In this document: positions 49,894 to 60,385 of the stretch, piece after piece
How positions within the stretch are numbered: the stretch's first letter is position 1
Layout: each line of letters opens with the position of its first letter
Assembly: GCA_029838195.1 (NCBI GenBank)
Contig: JALGVJ010000003.1
Location: forward strand, 32,001-96,000
From: Promethearchaeota archaeon
GTDB taxonomy: Archaea > Asgardarchaeota > Lokiarchaeia > Sigyniarchaeales > SOKP01
DNA length: 64,000 nucleotides
Direction of reading: 5' to 3'
Notes under the pieces: generated by a model
The model's input: only the letters and a program-made list of their open reading frames with translations
The model's database searches: none
What the model was told of the DNA's origin: nothing
Program-made: the position numbers and the translations under genes

Positions 49894-50907
49894 ATGACAT
49901 TCGAGGTTGTCGCCATAGGAAGCTGCACGCTTGATTGCATCATTAAAGTGAGCGATATCTTGCGCTTTGAATTATTCGAGAAAAATATCACCAAAAAATA
50001 CACGGCAATAGAATATAGCCAAAAACTTAACTTGGAAAAAATTACTTTCATACCGGGAGGGTCGGGCGCAAATATCGCTTGTAATTGTGCCATGCTCGGA
50101 TTAAAAAGTGCATATATCGGCGTGCTTGGTAAGGATTTTTCCGCTCAAATCTGCCTTGAAGACATGAAAAAAAGAAGGGTCGATCTCTCACAAGTCAAAC
50201 AAGTAGAGAATGAAAAAACTGCTTTTTCTGTCATTTTAAAATCAGAATGGGGGAAAGATCGCAGCATTTTAGCCTATAAAGGGGCAAATAATTTACTCCA
50301 ACCCTCCGATATCAAGGACGAATTGTTTGCCGATATAAAAGCTTTTGCCTGGACCTCTCTCACGTCAGAAAATGGGTGTAAAGCAATTGATAAAGCCATC
50401 TCTCTTACTAAAAAATATGGTAGCAAAGTCTATGCGGCTCCCAGCATATCCATCATTAAAAATAATCCAAAATGGGCCCGCACGCTAATTTCTAAATCCG
50501 ATGTAGTATCATTTAATCTAGAAGAAGCCCGTGAATTTACCGGGGAAAAAGAATATCATGATATTATAAATCACGTGTTAAACCTGGGATCTCAATTAGT
50601 TTCAATTACCGATGGTTCGAATGGATCTTATCTTTCCAATGGAGAGGAAACCATCCGAAGCGGCGTGTATGAAGTGGAAGTGCAAGATACCACAGGAGCG
50701 GGGGATGCTTTTATGAGCGGCATCATTATCTCCACGCTAAATGGCTACCCCCTTAAAAAAATAGCTCAATTTGCCTCTGCAATGTCGGCTATGGAATGCC
50801 AAGAATTAGGTGTGAGAGAAGGAATTCCAAGCACCTTCGAGGAGTTAAAAAAATTCACGGAAACCCATGAATTAAAACAATACTCCCATCTAATCCATGA
50901 AGAATAG
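49894..50907 (+). CDS. PfkB-family carbohydrate kinase
   Basis: GGSGAN, N..EA, DTTGAGDAF. Confidence 0.92.
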   Translation: MTFEVVAIGSCTLDCIIKVSDILRFELFEKNITKKYTAIEYSQKLNLEKITFIPGGSGANIACNCAMLGLKSAYIGVLGKDFSAQICLEDMKKRRVDLSQVKQVENEKTAFSVILKSEWGKDRSILAYKGANNLLQPSDIKDELFADIKAFAWTSLTSENGCKAIDKAISLTKKYGSKVYAAPSISIIKNNPKWARTLISKSDVVSFNLEEAREFTGEKEYHDIINHVLNLGSQLVSITDGSNGSYLSNGEETIRSGVYEVEVQDTTGAGDAFMSGIIISTLNGYPLKKIAQFASAMSAMECQELGVREGIPSTFEELKKFTETHELKQYSHLIHEE

Positions 50908-51109
50908 TTTTCATGAAAAATCATTCTCACCTTTTCATCAAGTTTTACCATTAATAAGTACTCATGAAAAACTCTTCCTTAAATTATAATTCCATTTTAT
51001 TATACACCTTATTTGAAATGGGTTCTATTTTTCTCGCTATTCTTCTCGCCTTCCAAGAGGATAAATTTTATCTTTTTTCCTTCGTTTAATGATCATGTTG
51101 TAAAAAAAT

Positions 51110-51242
51110 GCGCTCTTAGTATAGTGATTAGCGAGCTCCTCGCTGATCATGGAATGGTTAGTATGCCAGGTTGCCAACCTGGCGACCCGGGTTCAATTCC
51201 GGAGGCTTTTTTCAAACATCGGTGAAAACCCCGGAGGGCGCA
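51110..51242 (+). tRNA. tRNA-Gly(GCC) with two introns: 51125-51154 (about position 15/16) and 51198-51228 (position 59/60)
   Basis: Acceptor GCGCTCT/AGGGCGC, anticodon arm CCAGG-TTGCCAA-CCTGG, T-arm CCGGG-TTCAATC-CCCGG after splicing; BHB-type motifs. Confidence 0.9.
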
Positions 51243-51426
51243 TTTTTTTCGTTTTTCTTACTAATTTTTCCTGAACTTCCCAAAGTAAAGGAAGGTTCCC
51301 TTATGAAGGTATTTTTAATCTTTAGAGCTCATTTATTCAAATGATTGGGAAAAGAGCGTAAAATTCAGGCGCAAATAACATGTAAATCTGATAAAGAGAA
51401 AAAAATAATAAGAATAGGCCTGCCCA

Positions 51427-52275
51427 TTAGAGAAAGCCAAGGAAATTTGACACTCTCGATTTTTTAGGAATTTCTTTTTCAAAATAATTTTCAATTATAT
51501 CGAGTAAAAATTCTAAAAAGGAGACCGAAATCTTTTCTTTGAAAGTTGCGTTCAAGTAATCGATCATCTTCTTCGAATTGAGAGTATCTTTATTCTTGGT
51601 GTTGTCAATGAAATCGATCAAGCTTTTAGTAAGTTCATGGATTTTCTTGATTTCATTTTTAAGGATGATGAGACACGTGTCCGGATCGGTTTCTTCATAG
51701 AATTTTTGAACCATTCGACGTTCCATGCTCCATTTATTTGTATCAATTAACTCTCCCTTATCATTAAAAACATCCTTTCCTTTCAAGATATATCTTCCCT
51801 TGAATTCATCTTTTTTTTGCCGATAGTCGTTCTCGCTAACATAGGTAAAATTGAATTCGAAATTATCTTCCGTTATAAACTCATGAAACGCTTGGAGATG
51901 TTTTTTAATGAATAAGTCCTCTAAAACAATCACTAGATTTTTTTTCATGAAGATCATGCGGATCAAAGGTAAAAGGAAGGAAGGAGTCATGTTCATTTTA
52001 ATGAGATCCACGTCCAACTGATCTTTCGGTGGAATTTTGCGCTTGACCTCTTCAGCAATAGGCTCGATTGAAGGAAGTTCAATTTGAAAGTCAGCAATAA
52101 AATAATCCCGTACCTGCATGTTTTTATCAATATAAGCAACGAATGAATGCTCGCACACGATCCCTTTAGCTATATTAACAGCGAGCAAACCCCGGGATAC
52201 GTTTTTAAGACTTTCTTCCGATACGTCAATTTTCCCTTGCTTTGAACAAGAAGGACAACGAATTTGTACGCGCAT
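51427..52275 (-). CDS. Hypothetical protein with an N-terminal Zn ribbon (CPxC...CEH)
   Basis: MRVQIRCPSC...VCEHSF..YID. Confidence 0.75.
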   Translation of the reverse strand: MRVQIRCPSCSKQGKIDVSEESLKNVSRGLLAVNIAKGIVCEHSFVAYIDKNMQVRDYFIADFQIELPSIEPIAEEVKRKIPPKDQLDVDLIKMNMTPSFLLPLIRMIFMKKNLVIVLEDLFIKKHLQAFHEFITEDNFEFNFTYVSENDYRQKKDEFKGRYILKGKDVFNDKGELIDTNKWSMERRMVQKFYEETDPDTCLIILKNEIKKIHELTKSLIDFIDNTKNKDTLNSKKMIDYLNATFKEKISVSFLEFLLDIIENYFEKEIPKKSRVSNFLGFL

Positions 52276-52436
52276 TTTTAATAATCTCTACTAACTATTC
52301 TCAATTGTTATGCAATATAATTAAATAATTAAAAATCATTTTAATATTTAAATCTACACGATTTAATGAAATCTTTTTGGTTCAAATATAAACATGCTCA
52401 AATACCTTACCATCTCGTAGGAAAAGTTTCTCTGCC

Positions 52437-52925
52437 TCACACTCTTTTCACCTTGGCATATGATTTTTCCAATAAATTCGCAAGAAGCAAGCATGTAATA
52501 GCCGAAAGATTCTCTGCAATCACGAATGAAAAGACATTATCTAAAAAAAGAATACAAATGGCATGCGTTATGAAAAAAGTAGGCAAGAATATAGAAAGAA
52601 GTACCAACAAGGGACGGGTAATGGGATAAAATAAAAGTTTCATGGCAAAAGTCCCGGATCTCCTCTCCGTGCGGTATCGGTCTTTTAATTTCTTTCTTCT
52701 TTCCACCTGTGCAAAACTTTCAAAAATAATCAAGGAAGAATAAAAGAGAGCGACGGATACTCCAATCGGTACTAAAATAACCACGAGATAATTCCCTATG
52801 CTCAAAAAATATTGGGCAATGAAGATAATGAATACTTGAATGAGTCCACAGAGCCCCAATAACATCAATGCAATTCCCAAGTATTCTCTTGACTCCTTGG
52901 ATGTCCAAGGTATTCGGATGGGCAT
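52437..52925 (-). CDS. Hypothetical membrane protein (about 4 TM)
   Basis: Four hydrophobic segments. Confidence 0.7.
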   Translation of the reverse strand: MPIRIPWTSKESREYLGIALMLLGLCGLIQVFIIFIAQYFLSIGNYLVVILVPIGVSVALFYSSLIIFESFAQVERRKKLKDRYRTERRSGTFAMKLLFYPITRPLLVLLSIFLPTFFITHAICILFLDNVFSFVIAENLSAITCLLLANLLEKSYAKVKRV

Positions 52926-52960
52926 GATTACTTGTTCGAATTTTTTTTAATTTTGAGAAA

Positions 52961-53076
52961 TGGGCCGAGGGAGATTCGAACTCCCGACCTTCCGCATTTT
53001 GAGCCGCCTCAACGGATTAGAGCCAAGATCTTCCGACACGTCAAGCGGACGTCATACCAAACTAGACCATCGGCCC
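52961..53076 (-). tRNA. tRNA-Val(GAC) with a canonical 37/38 intron (42 nt, 52997-53038)
   Basis: GGGCCGA/TCGGCCC acceptor, TCCGC-TTGACG|T-GCGGA anticodon arm, GGGAG-TTCGAAT-CTCCC T-arm; BHB central helix TTGA/TCAA. Confidence 0.93.
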
Positions 53077-53230
53077 TTTTAAAATCCAATGAAATTCTTA
53101 GGGCGCTAGTATGTAATGAATATCTTGAAAAGATAAATATTTTATGATTAAAAAATCATTCAACTCTTAACTTAAGAGGTCATTACATTAATTTAAAGAA
53201 AAAAATAAAATTATTTAATGGTAGATTGAT

Positions 53231-54460
53231 TTAGGGTCGTTTTTCTCTTAATGCTTTTACGAGCGGCACTTCATTTCCCGAGAGGATTTCTAGCATTGCA
53301 CCTCCTCCCGTAGAGATGAAAGAAACTTTATCGGCATCGCCTGACATTTCTGCAGCGGTACCCATTTCGCCACCTCCTATTACCGTGAGAGCTCCTTTTT
53401 CTTGAGTGGCCCTTGCCATGACTTTTGCCATTTTAAACGTGCCTTCTCTGAACACCTCTTTTTCAAAGATGCCGGGGGGGCCATTAGCGATAATGGTTTT
53501 GGAATTCATGATGTATTCTTCGAAAGTTTTTATAGTTTCAGGGCCGATATCGCCGGTAACAGCGTTATATTTTTCGAGCTCATCAAGTCCAATTACTTTT
53601 CTATTTCCATTTTCTTCAATGACTAAATCTTTGGGTAATATGATTTTATCCTTGAATTTTTCGTAGGTGGCTTTAATATCGTCGCGAGCTTTTTCCAAAT
53701 CTTTAGCAATTGATTTTCTATTGGGTTCTCCTGTTTTGATTCCAATGGCTTCCATGATTAAAATGGCCGTGAGGCCAGAGCATAAGGCGTGGTCTAATTT
53801 TCCGTTTTCGAAATTATATTTCATGGCCTTATACTTGTCGATGGCTTTTGCTCCTCCAATGAGCATGGTCATGGGACGTTCAGGATTTTCTAAAATTTTG
53901 GACATGACTTCAAATTCTTTTATTATGGTGGGTCCAGCCAGCATTTTTGGCCATCCAATAATGGAAGGTTGCGCTCGATGGGCGGCACCAAAAGCATCCG
54001 CAATGATATAATCAAAAAGAGGGGCTAATGTTTGTATCATTTCCGTTTTTTCTGCTTCTGAGAAATCTTTAAATGATTTATTTTCCGTTTCCCATTTACG
54101 GACGTTATCGAGAACTAATACTTCTCCCACTTTTAATTCTTTAATGGCATTAACGGCTTTTTCTCCGAAAATATCATCCACGTATTTGACGGGGCGATCA
54201 AGTAATTTTCTTATTTCTTCGGCGTGGAGTTCGAATGAGGTAAAATCTTTTTTGCCTGGTCTTGATTGATGTCCCATGACAACGACCGCGCAATCTTTTA
54301 GTTCATTTAAAGCGGGAATTAAGGCATGAATGCGGGGAGATTCTCTTATCCTATTATTCTCGACATCGATATTTGAATTTATATCGGGACGAATCAATAC
54401 TTTTTTTCCTTTTAAATCGACATCTTTATAAGACGTATATTCAAACATGATTTTCCTCAC
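53231..54460 (-). CDS. pgk: Phosphoglycerate kinase (archaeal type)
   Basis: RPDINS, HQSRPG, LDNVR, DAFGAAHRA, GGAK, NGPPGIFE, STGGGA. Confidence 0.95.
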   Translation of the reverse strand: MRKIMFEYTSYKDVDLKGKKVLIRPDINSNIDVENNRIRESPRIHALIPALNELKDCAVVVMGHQSRPGKKDFTSFELHAEEIRKLLDRPVKYVDDIFGEKAVNAIKELKVGEVLVLDNVRKWETENKSFKDFSEAEKTEMIQTLAPLFDYIIADAFGAAHRAQPSIIGWPKMLAGPTIIKEFEVMSKILENPERPMTMLIGGAKAIDKYKAMKYNFENGKLDHALCSGLTAILIMEAIGIKTGEPNRKSIAKDLEKARDDIKATYEKFKDKIILPKDLVIEENGNRKVIGLDELEKYNAVTGDIGPETIKTFEEYIMNSKTIIANGPPGIFEKEVFREGTFKMAKVMARATQEKGALTVIGGGEMGTAAEMSGDADKVSFISTGGGAMLEILSGNEVPLVKALREKRP

Positions 54461-54703
54461 GTTAATTTATGATTATTGATTCTAATTTAATTAGATTCAA
54501 ATTAAAAGAATTTAGACTTCTTATTATTTTTTTTTAAAAGTGATTTTTTCATGGGATTGCTGTCCCTTTTGCATTTCTCTCGCTTTAATCTCTTGAATTG
54601 GGTAAATTCTTAAAATAATGGTGAATTCCTTGTTATATTACAAAAAGAATTAATAAAGATTATAATTTTAAATTCATGAAACCATGGAGCGGTTATTTTA
54701 AAA

Positions 54704-57349
54704 ATGAAAACCATGATCATATCCAATCTTACTCATGTCGAACAATCTCTCGGTCATGAGTTAGTATTACTTCCTAGGCCAAAAAGAATGGAGTATTCAA
54801 GAGATAATAAAAACAATTTTCTCCTCACGGCGAATTCTTTCTTTCATGATCTTAATTTGGAGAATCCAGGACTCTTTTTAAACGAATTAAATGATTTTTT
54901 AATGGAAATGAAAGAATTTAAGATAAATGCAGCTAAATTACCGGAGGAACTAAATACTCGTATTGAGGGAATAAAAGAGTCTGAATTTTTAGATCCCCAC
55001 GATGAAGAGTGCTATAATCTTGAAGTAAAAAACCACCTGGTACTAATTGAGGGAACCTCCGAAAAAGCGGTATTTCATGGACTTCAAACATTCATTCAAA
55101 TATTAAAAAATTCAATCATCCAAACCCACGGTAAAGATGAATTCAGAAGTAATTTCAAGAGAAATGAGATCATCATTCCCCAAATTTCAATTAAAGATGT
55201 TCCGGACCTTAAAATACGAGGAATAGCACAAGATATTGCCCGAGGACAAGTTTTCACCTTAGAAAATGCCAAGAGATATTTGAAAATTATGAGTCATTAT
55301 AAAATGAATTTCTATTGTCTCTACATGGAAGATATGTTCACTCATCAAAAACATCCTGAAATTGGAAAAAATCGAGGCGCCTTGACTCATGAAGAAATTA
55401 AAGAGCTGGATGCTTTTGCCAAGGAACGATTCATTGAACTCGTCCCCATTTTCGAATGTTTAGGACACGTGGACAATATTTTACAACACGAGACTTATCA
55501 AGATTTAGGAGAATTTCCAGGTGCCCATTCCTTTGATATTTCCAATCCTCGCGTGTTAGATTTTGTAGAGGATTATATCTCTGAAATGAGCAAATGTTTT
55601 TCCACAAAATATTTTCATATGGGCTGTGATGAGAGCTTTGATGTGGGAAAATATCGTTCAAAAGATTTAATAGAAAAAATAGGGAAGAACAAGGCTTTAA
55701 TAGAGTATTATGAAAAGCTACATGCCATTGCGAAAAAGCATGGAAACGAATACGTTATCATGTATGATGATTTTGTTCGAAAAAATGAAGAAATCTTACA
55801 AGGATTAAGAAAAGACATTATCCTCATGTATTGGGATTATTCTCCCAAAAAGAGTTTCCCTGATTTAAAAAAATTATTAGATGCGGGCTATAAAGTTATT
55901 GTAAGTCCTTCCATGTTAAATTGGCAACGACATTTTCCCGACAATAAAAATGCAAGTAAAAATATCATTAATTTCATTAAAAATGCTTTTCGATATCGCA
56001 ACGAAGGGTGTTTAGGTGTTATAAATTCTACTTGGGGGGATATGCGATATTATTCTTTAAGAGAAAATGAAATTTTTGGAGGCATTTTATCAAATTCTAT
56101 AGCGTGGAACGTGAACGAGTTTAATTATGATCAATTTATCAAGGATCATGGGTTTCTTTTCCATGGCTTTTTGAAGGAGGATATAGAATTATACCATGAG
56201 ATGTTCAAGAAACTAAGCAATAGCGTTCATCTATATTATAGACTTTCCATTTCGTTTCCCCCTCTTTTTTTTACTTATTTTTTCAAGCATCCATTTCCAG
56301 TAAAAAAAATTGCGCCCTTATTCGAGAATTATAAAAAGCTCGGGCAAGTAGCAAGAGAATGTTTGGAAATACAAAAAAAACTTCAACCACGACTCTTATT
56401 AGAAAAAAATCATTTTGAATACCTTCAATTTAGTGCTAGATTAGCGCTTTTTTTAGAAAAGAAGATAGATCTTTCGGTAAAAACTTCCGAACTGTTGAAT
56501 GAATTATATATTCAAGAAGAAGAACTCGATATTTTAATTTTCAATTTAAATAAAATAAAAGAAGAACTCATTCAAATAAGGCACGATTATGAGAGGTTAT
56601 GGCTGAGAGCAGCTAAACGTCCATGCTTGGATAATATCCTAGATCTATTTGATTTTCTAATTAGGACATATGAGGAAAAAGTCACGCAAATCAAGAACGG
56701 CATCTATTTTGTAAATCCATACTTGGAATCAGAATGGATTTGGACAACGGAAAAACAGCACCCCTTGCATCCTCGGTATTTCCGGAAAAAATTCTCTACG
56801 GATAAACCAATTAAAAAAGCCATGATTCAATGCATCGCTCATAATTATATGAAAGTTCACGTGAATGGACATTTTATAGGGCAAGTTTTATCAAGATATT
56901 CGATGTCTATTTTGCCTATAATAAATCGCGTTAAAGTTTTTGATATAACCCCATATCTTAAAAAGGGTGAGAACATTCTTTCCGTAGAAGCGTATAATTT
57001 TGATGGATACAAAGGCGCAATAAACGTGTTTGGCCAAATTCAATTTGAAGATAATGAAGTCATGGAAATCCATTCTGATCCTTCTTGGAAATGTCATACT
57101 GGGATTGTTTTAAAGGAAAAAGACTGGACTACTTTAAAATTTAATGATGAGCAATGGAAATCCTCCTTCTCTCATGGCCCTCCTCCTAATTTAAATGGCG
57201 ATATTTTCAAACCAAATCTATTAAAAGGAGAAAAATCTTTCACTCAAGATTATTTTGGAATTGAAAGCTACCTTTCGAATTTTACAGGAGAAACGGATGA
57301 GAGAAAATTAGAAGAAATGATAAAACAATTCAATCCTTATGGAAATTGA
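54704..57349 (+). CDS. GH20 beta-N-acetylhexosaminidase with a C-terminal beta-sandwich domain
   Basis: D.P....RG...D..R, ECLGH, catalytic HMGCDE, YWDY. Confidence 0.88.
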   Translation: MKTMIISNLTHVEQSLGHELVLLPRPKRMEYSRDNKNNFLLTANSFFHDLNLENPGLFLNELNDFLMEMKEFKINAAKLPEELNTRIEGIKESEFLDPHDEECYNLEVKNHLVLIEGTSEKAVFHGLQTFIQILKNSIIQTHGKDEFRSNFKRNEIIIPQISIKDVPDLKIRGIAQDIARGQVFTLENAKRYLKIMSHYKMNFYCLYMEDMFTHQKHPEIGKNRGALTHEEIKELDAFAKERFIELVPIFECLGHVDNILQHETYQDLGEFPGAHSFDISNPRVLDFVEDYISEMSKCFSTKYFHMGCDESFDVGKYRSKDLIEKIGKNKALIEYYEKLHAIAKKHGNEYVIMYDDFVRKNEEILQGLRKDIILMYWDYSPKKSFPDLKKLLDAGYKVIVSPSMLNWQRHFPDNKNASKNIINFIKNAFRYRNEGCLGVINSTWGDMRYYSLRENEIFGGILSNSIAWNVNEFNYDQFIKDHGFLFHGFLKEDIELYHEMFKKLSNSVHLYYRLSISFPPLFFTYFFKHPFPVKKIAPLFENYKKLGQVARECLEIQKKLQPRLLLEKNHFEYLQFSARLALFLEKKIDLSVKTSELLNELYIQEEELDILIFNLNKIKEELIQIRHDYERLWLRAAKRPCLDNILDLFDFLIRTYEEKVTQIKNGIYFVNPYLESEWIWTTEKQHPLHPRYFRKKFSTDKPIKKAMIQCIAHNYMKVHVNGHFIGQVLSRYSMSILPIINRVKVFDITPYLKKGENILSVEAYNFDGYKGAINVFGQIQFEDNEVMEIHSDPSWKCHTGIVLKEKDWTTLKFNDEQWKSSFSHGPPPNLNGDIFKPNLLKGEKSFTQDYFGIESYLSNFTGETDERKLEEMIKQFNPYGN

Positions 57350-57352
57350 TCG

Positions 57353-58135
57353 ATGATGAATGGTATAAAAGAAACTTTAGAATTATTGAAAAACCAAAAA
57401 ATTTCGGTTGAAGAGGCTGAAAAATTATTAAAAGCGAATTTCATCGAAGAAGTGGGCGATCTTGCTAAATTGGATGTTAATCGGCACGTGAGAACGGGTA
57501 TTCCCGAAGTTATATATGCTAAGAATAAAGAAAAGAACATTTTAATAAATATCGTAAAATCTTTCCTCGAAAAAAAACAATTTGCCGTGATTTCCCGTTA
57601 TAATGAAGAACAAAAACAATATCTCATGGAAACCTTTTCCGGAAAAACTGATTTGGAAATGGAAATCAATGATCTTGCCAAGACCATGGTTATTAAAACT
57701 AAAACTTTTTCATTTCCGGAAAAAAAGGGGATAATTGGAATCATTACGGCGGGAAGTTCAGATATCCCGGTTGCAGAAGAGGCAAAAACCATCGCTAAAA
57801 TCATGGGTTGCAGGGTATTAACCAGCTATGATATCGGAATAGCCGGAATCCATCGTTTATTTAAACCTTTAAGCACTATGATTAAAAAAGGAGTCCATGT
57901 CATTATCGTGTGTGCTGGAATGGAGGGTACCTTGCCAGGCGTGGTTTCTGCATTGGTTGATGTTCCCGTCATTGGAGTACCCATATCCAGTGGCTATGGG
58001 ATTGGCGCTGATGGGAAAGGAGCATTAATCACGATGCTACAATCTTGCTCGCCCGGACTCTTGGTTGTAAATATCGATAATGGATTCGGAGCGGGAGCTT
58101 CAGCAGCTTTAATCGCAAATAAAATAGGAAAATAG
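57353..58135 (+). CDS. larB: Nickel pincer cofactor biosynthesis protein LarB
   Basis: R..RTGIPEVIY, AGSSDIPVAEEA, DIGIAGIHRL, AGMEGTLP, VVNIDNGFGA. Confidence 0.95.
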   Translation: MMNGIKETLELLKNQKISVEEAEKLLKANFIEEVGDLAKLDVNRHVRTGIPEVIYAKNKEKNILINIVKSFLEKKQFAVISRYNEEQKQYLMETFSGKTDLEMEINDLAKTMVIKTKTFSFPEKKGIIGIITAGSSDIPVAEEAKTIAKIMGCRVLTSYDIGIAGIHRLFKPLSTMIKKGVHVIIVCAGMEGTLPGVVSALVDVPVIGVPISSGYGIGADGKGALITMLQSCSPGLLVVNIDNGFGAGASAALIANKIGK

Positions 58136-58152
58136 GAAAATAGGAAAATAGG
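58121..58152. repeat. Tandem repeat (AAAATAGG)x4 overlapping the larB stop
   Basis: Seen directly in the sequence. Confidence 0.9.
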
Positions 58153-58452
58153 AAAAATAATCGTATTTTTTCCTCGGAATGGAGGAGAGAGTTTCTCCCT
58201 TTATATTGAATTCTTAATTAACTTCCTGCATGTTTTTAAAGAAAAATTTTACATTTTCAAAACATTCAAAATTTTTTCCTTCTTCATTTGATTTTTTTTT
58301 TCGTGTTATCGGTGGTAATTTTTTTTAAAATGCATAATTTTAAATATAACTTGTTTTTTCTTAAAGTAGAATGCATGATCGAGTAAATTCTTAAAAACAT
58401 TTTAATACTTTATTTAAAATCTTATAGTTAATAGAAGAGGGGAGACCAACTA

Positions 58453-59505
58453 ATGAAAATTCTTGATGAAAAAGATCTACGTAGTGATGTTTATTTTGAC
58501 TTGCTAAAAATTATCAATCAAAAAGTAATAATCACTCGAAAAGATATCATGAAAAAGTTATCTCATTATCCTCCCGTTGAATTGAAAAATAGATTAAAAG
58601 AACTTGAGAAAGAAGAAATAATTAAGAAAGAAAGATTATTTGAAAATTCCTTGTATTCTCTAACGCTAAAAGGAAAAGAGATATGGAATCAATATCAACA
58701 AAAAGACACAAATACTAATAAGTATATTCAATATAGGGAGGATATTCATGGCAACCCAGGAATCATTGAGGAATCGCATCAAATCCGGCACGCTCAACCA
58801 GAAGATCTCACGGATAACACTAAGATTCCTTCCTTTATTGGATGTTTCGTTGCAGATAAAGCGGGGAAATCTTTATTGGTGTTTGAAATATATGATGGTG
58901 CAATTGAAGATTTTTTAAAAATCCAAAACCTGGGAAAATTTGACAAGGATTTAATTCCCATGATGGTAAGTGCATTAGAACATTTTTCACGGGAAATCAA
59001 TATTGAAAATTTAACAAGCTTAACTTTAGATGGGGCTAATATTAAATTACAGACCTATAAATATGAAAAATTAACTGTAACATTCTTAATGAATCATAGA
59101 ATAAACATTCAAGCTATGAAAAAAATCATGAATGAATATTTTAACACGCTCTTCTCATCCTATAAAAAAGAGTTAGAATACAGCATGGAAACGGGATTGA
59201 TTGATAATATCTATCATTTAAACGAATTAGGAAGAGAAATGCTAAAAGAAATGAATAAATTTGTTTATTTAGCAGAATTTAAAAATATCATTAATAACTT
59301 AAAATATTTTGATATGTCATATGCGAAAACGTTATATAATAAATTGGACCAACTCCAAAACAAATTAACGTTTAAGTTTACAAAAACAATTGAAAAACTC
59401 AAACAATTAAAAATATATCTTTTAAAATCCATGTTGGATGAAAATTTAGATGAATTAAAATTTATTATCAATATCGCCCAAGAAATTGAAGCTGAATTCA
59501 ATTAA
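58453..59505 (+). CDS. wHTH protein fused to a putative longin/roadblock-like domain
   Basis: LKELEKEEII...YSLTLKG wHTH; FVADKAGKSL...LIPMMVSALEHFSREI...TVTFL longin-like pattern. Confidence 0.6.
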   Translation: MKILDEKDLRSDVYFDLLKIINQKVIITRKDIMKKLSHYPPVELKNRLKELEKEEIIKKERLFENSLYSLTLKGKEIWNQYQQKDTNTNKYIQYREDIHGNPGIIEESHQIRHAQPEDLTDNTKIPSFIGCFVADKAGKSLLVFEIYDGAIEDFLKIQNLGKFDKDLIPMMVSALEHFSREINIENLTSLTLDGANIKLQTYKYEKLTVTFLMNHRINIQAMKKIMNEYFNTLFSSYKKELEYSMETGLIDNIYHLNELGREMLKEMNKFVYLAEFKNIINNLKYFDMSYAKTLYNKLDQLQNKLTFKFTKTIEKLKQLKIYLLKSMLDENLDELKFIINIAQEIEAEFN

Positions 59506-59722
59506 TTATTAGCGATTGCCATTCACAGGAAAAATGTAGTTGATAAATTTCTTATATCTTTCTTTTACCGTGGATAGAAAAAAATCTGGTACAATTTGAT
59601 TTTAATTTTAAAAAATCCACTTTATTTTTGCTCAATTCTAAAGCTTTAATAGGAATTTATTAGATATTTACTTAATAATTATATTTCAAATATCTATATA
59701 TTCATAAAAGGTGTGAAATTAA

Positions 59723-60385
59723 ATGTTATTAATTACAGAAGCTTCAAGTCAAGCTCTCCAAGGCTTAAGAGACCTCTCCACTCTAGAATGGTATGTTATC
59801 CCCTTTCTTGCCATCGTGCTTTATATCTATAATGTTGAGGCTACAAAAGCTAAAAAATCAGGAAATTGGGATCCCATTTTTGCCGGCTTGACAATTTTCG
59901 GTATGGACTTTATTAATGAAACATGGAATGGAATCGTATTTGCTGCGACACAACATTCAGCGTTCTGGACTACTCCAGGTCCTACTGCTTTCAGGGTCAT
60001 GGTAGGCTGGAATATAGAAATCATCTTTTGGTTTCTCATTGCGGGTATCATTTACTATTACATGCTCCCTATTAATAAAGATGAGAAGATTCTTGGCTTA
60101 CCAAATCGATGGTTTATGGCCATTCTCTTTGCGGCTTTATGCGTGGTCGTTGAATGCATATTAAATATCGCAGGAATTTTAGTGTGGGAATATCCTTGGT
60201 GGAATTTGAGCATATCTGGGGTATGGCTCATTTTTTTAATAGGATACTTTATCTTTACCGCAGTAGCAAATATTGTAATGAGTTTAGAAACCATTCGTAA
60301 AAAATTGACGGCAGTTGGATTAATCTATTCCGTTGCCATAATCCTGAATATCATTTTTGGGGGAATTTTAGGCTGGGTATATTAA
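59723..60385 (+). CDS. Conserved-looking hypothetical membrane protein
   Basis: About 6 TM segments; D..NE.WN and GWNIEI motifs. Confidence 0.75.
   Translation: MLLITEASSQALQGLRDLSTLEWYVIPFLAIVLYIYNVEATKAKKSGNWDPIFAGLTIFGMDFINETWNGIVFAATQHSAFWTTPGPTAFRVMVGWNIEIIFWFLIAGIIYYYMLPINKDEKILGLPNRWFMAILFAALCVVVECILNIAGILVWEYPWWNLSISGVWLIFLIGYFIFTAVANIVMSLETIRKKLTAVGLIYSVAIILNIIFGGILGWVY

Noticed and set aside
50908-50919. TTTTCATGAAAA palindrome and frequent TCATGA in intergenic DNA
   Set aside because: CATG is common throughout the window; enrichment cannot be shown without counting
51013-51225. 70-aa ORF
   Set aside because: Overlaps tRNA-Gly; spurious
52932-53147. 71-aa ORF
   Set aside because: Antisense to tRNA-Val; spurious
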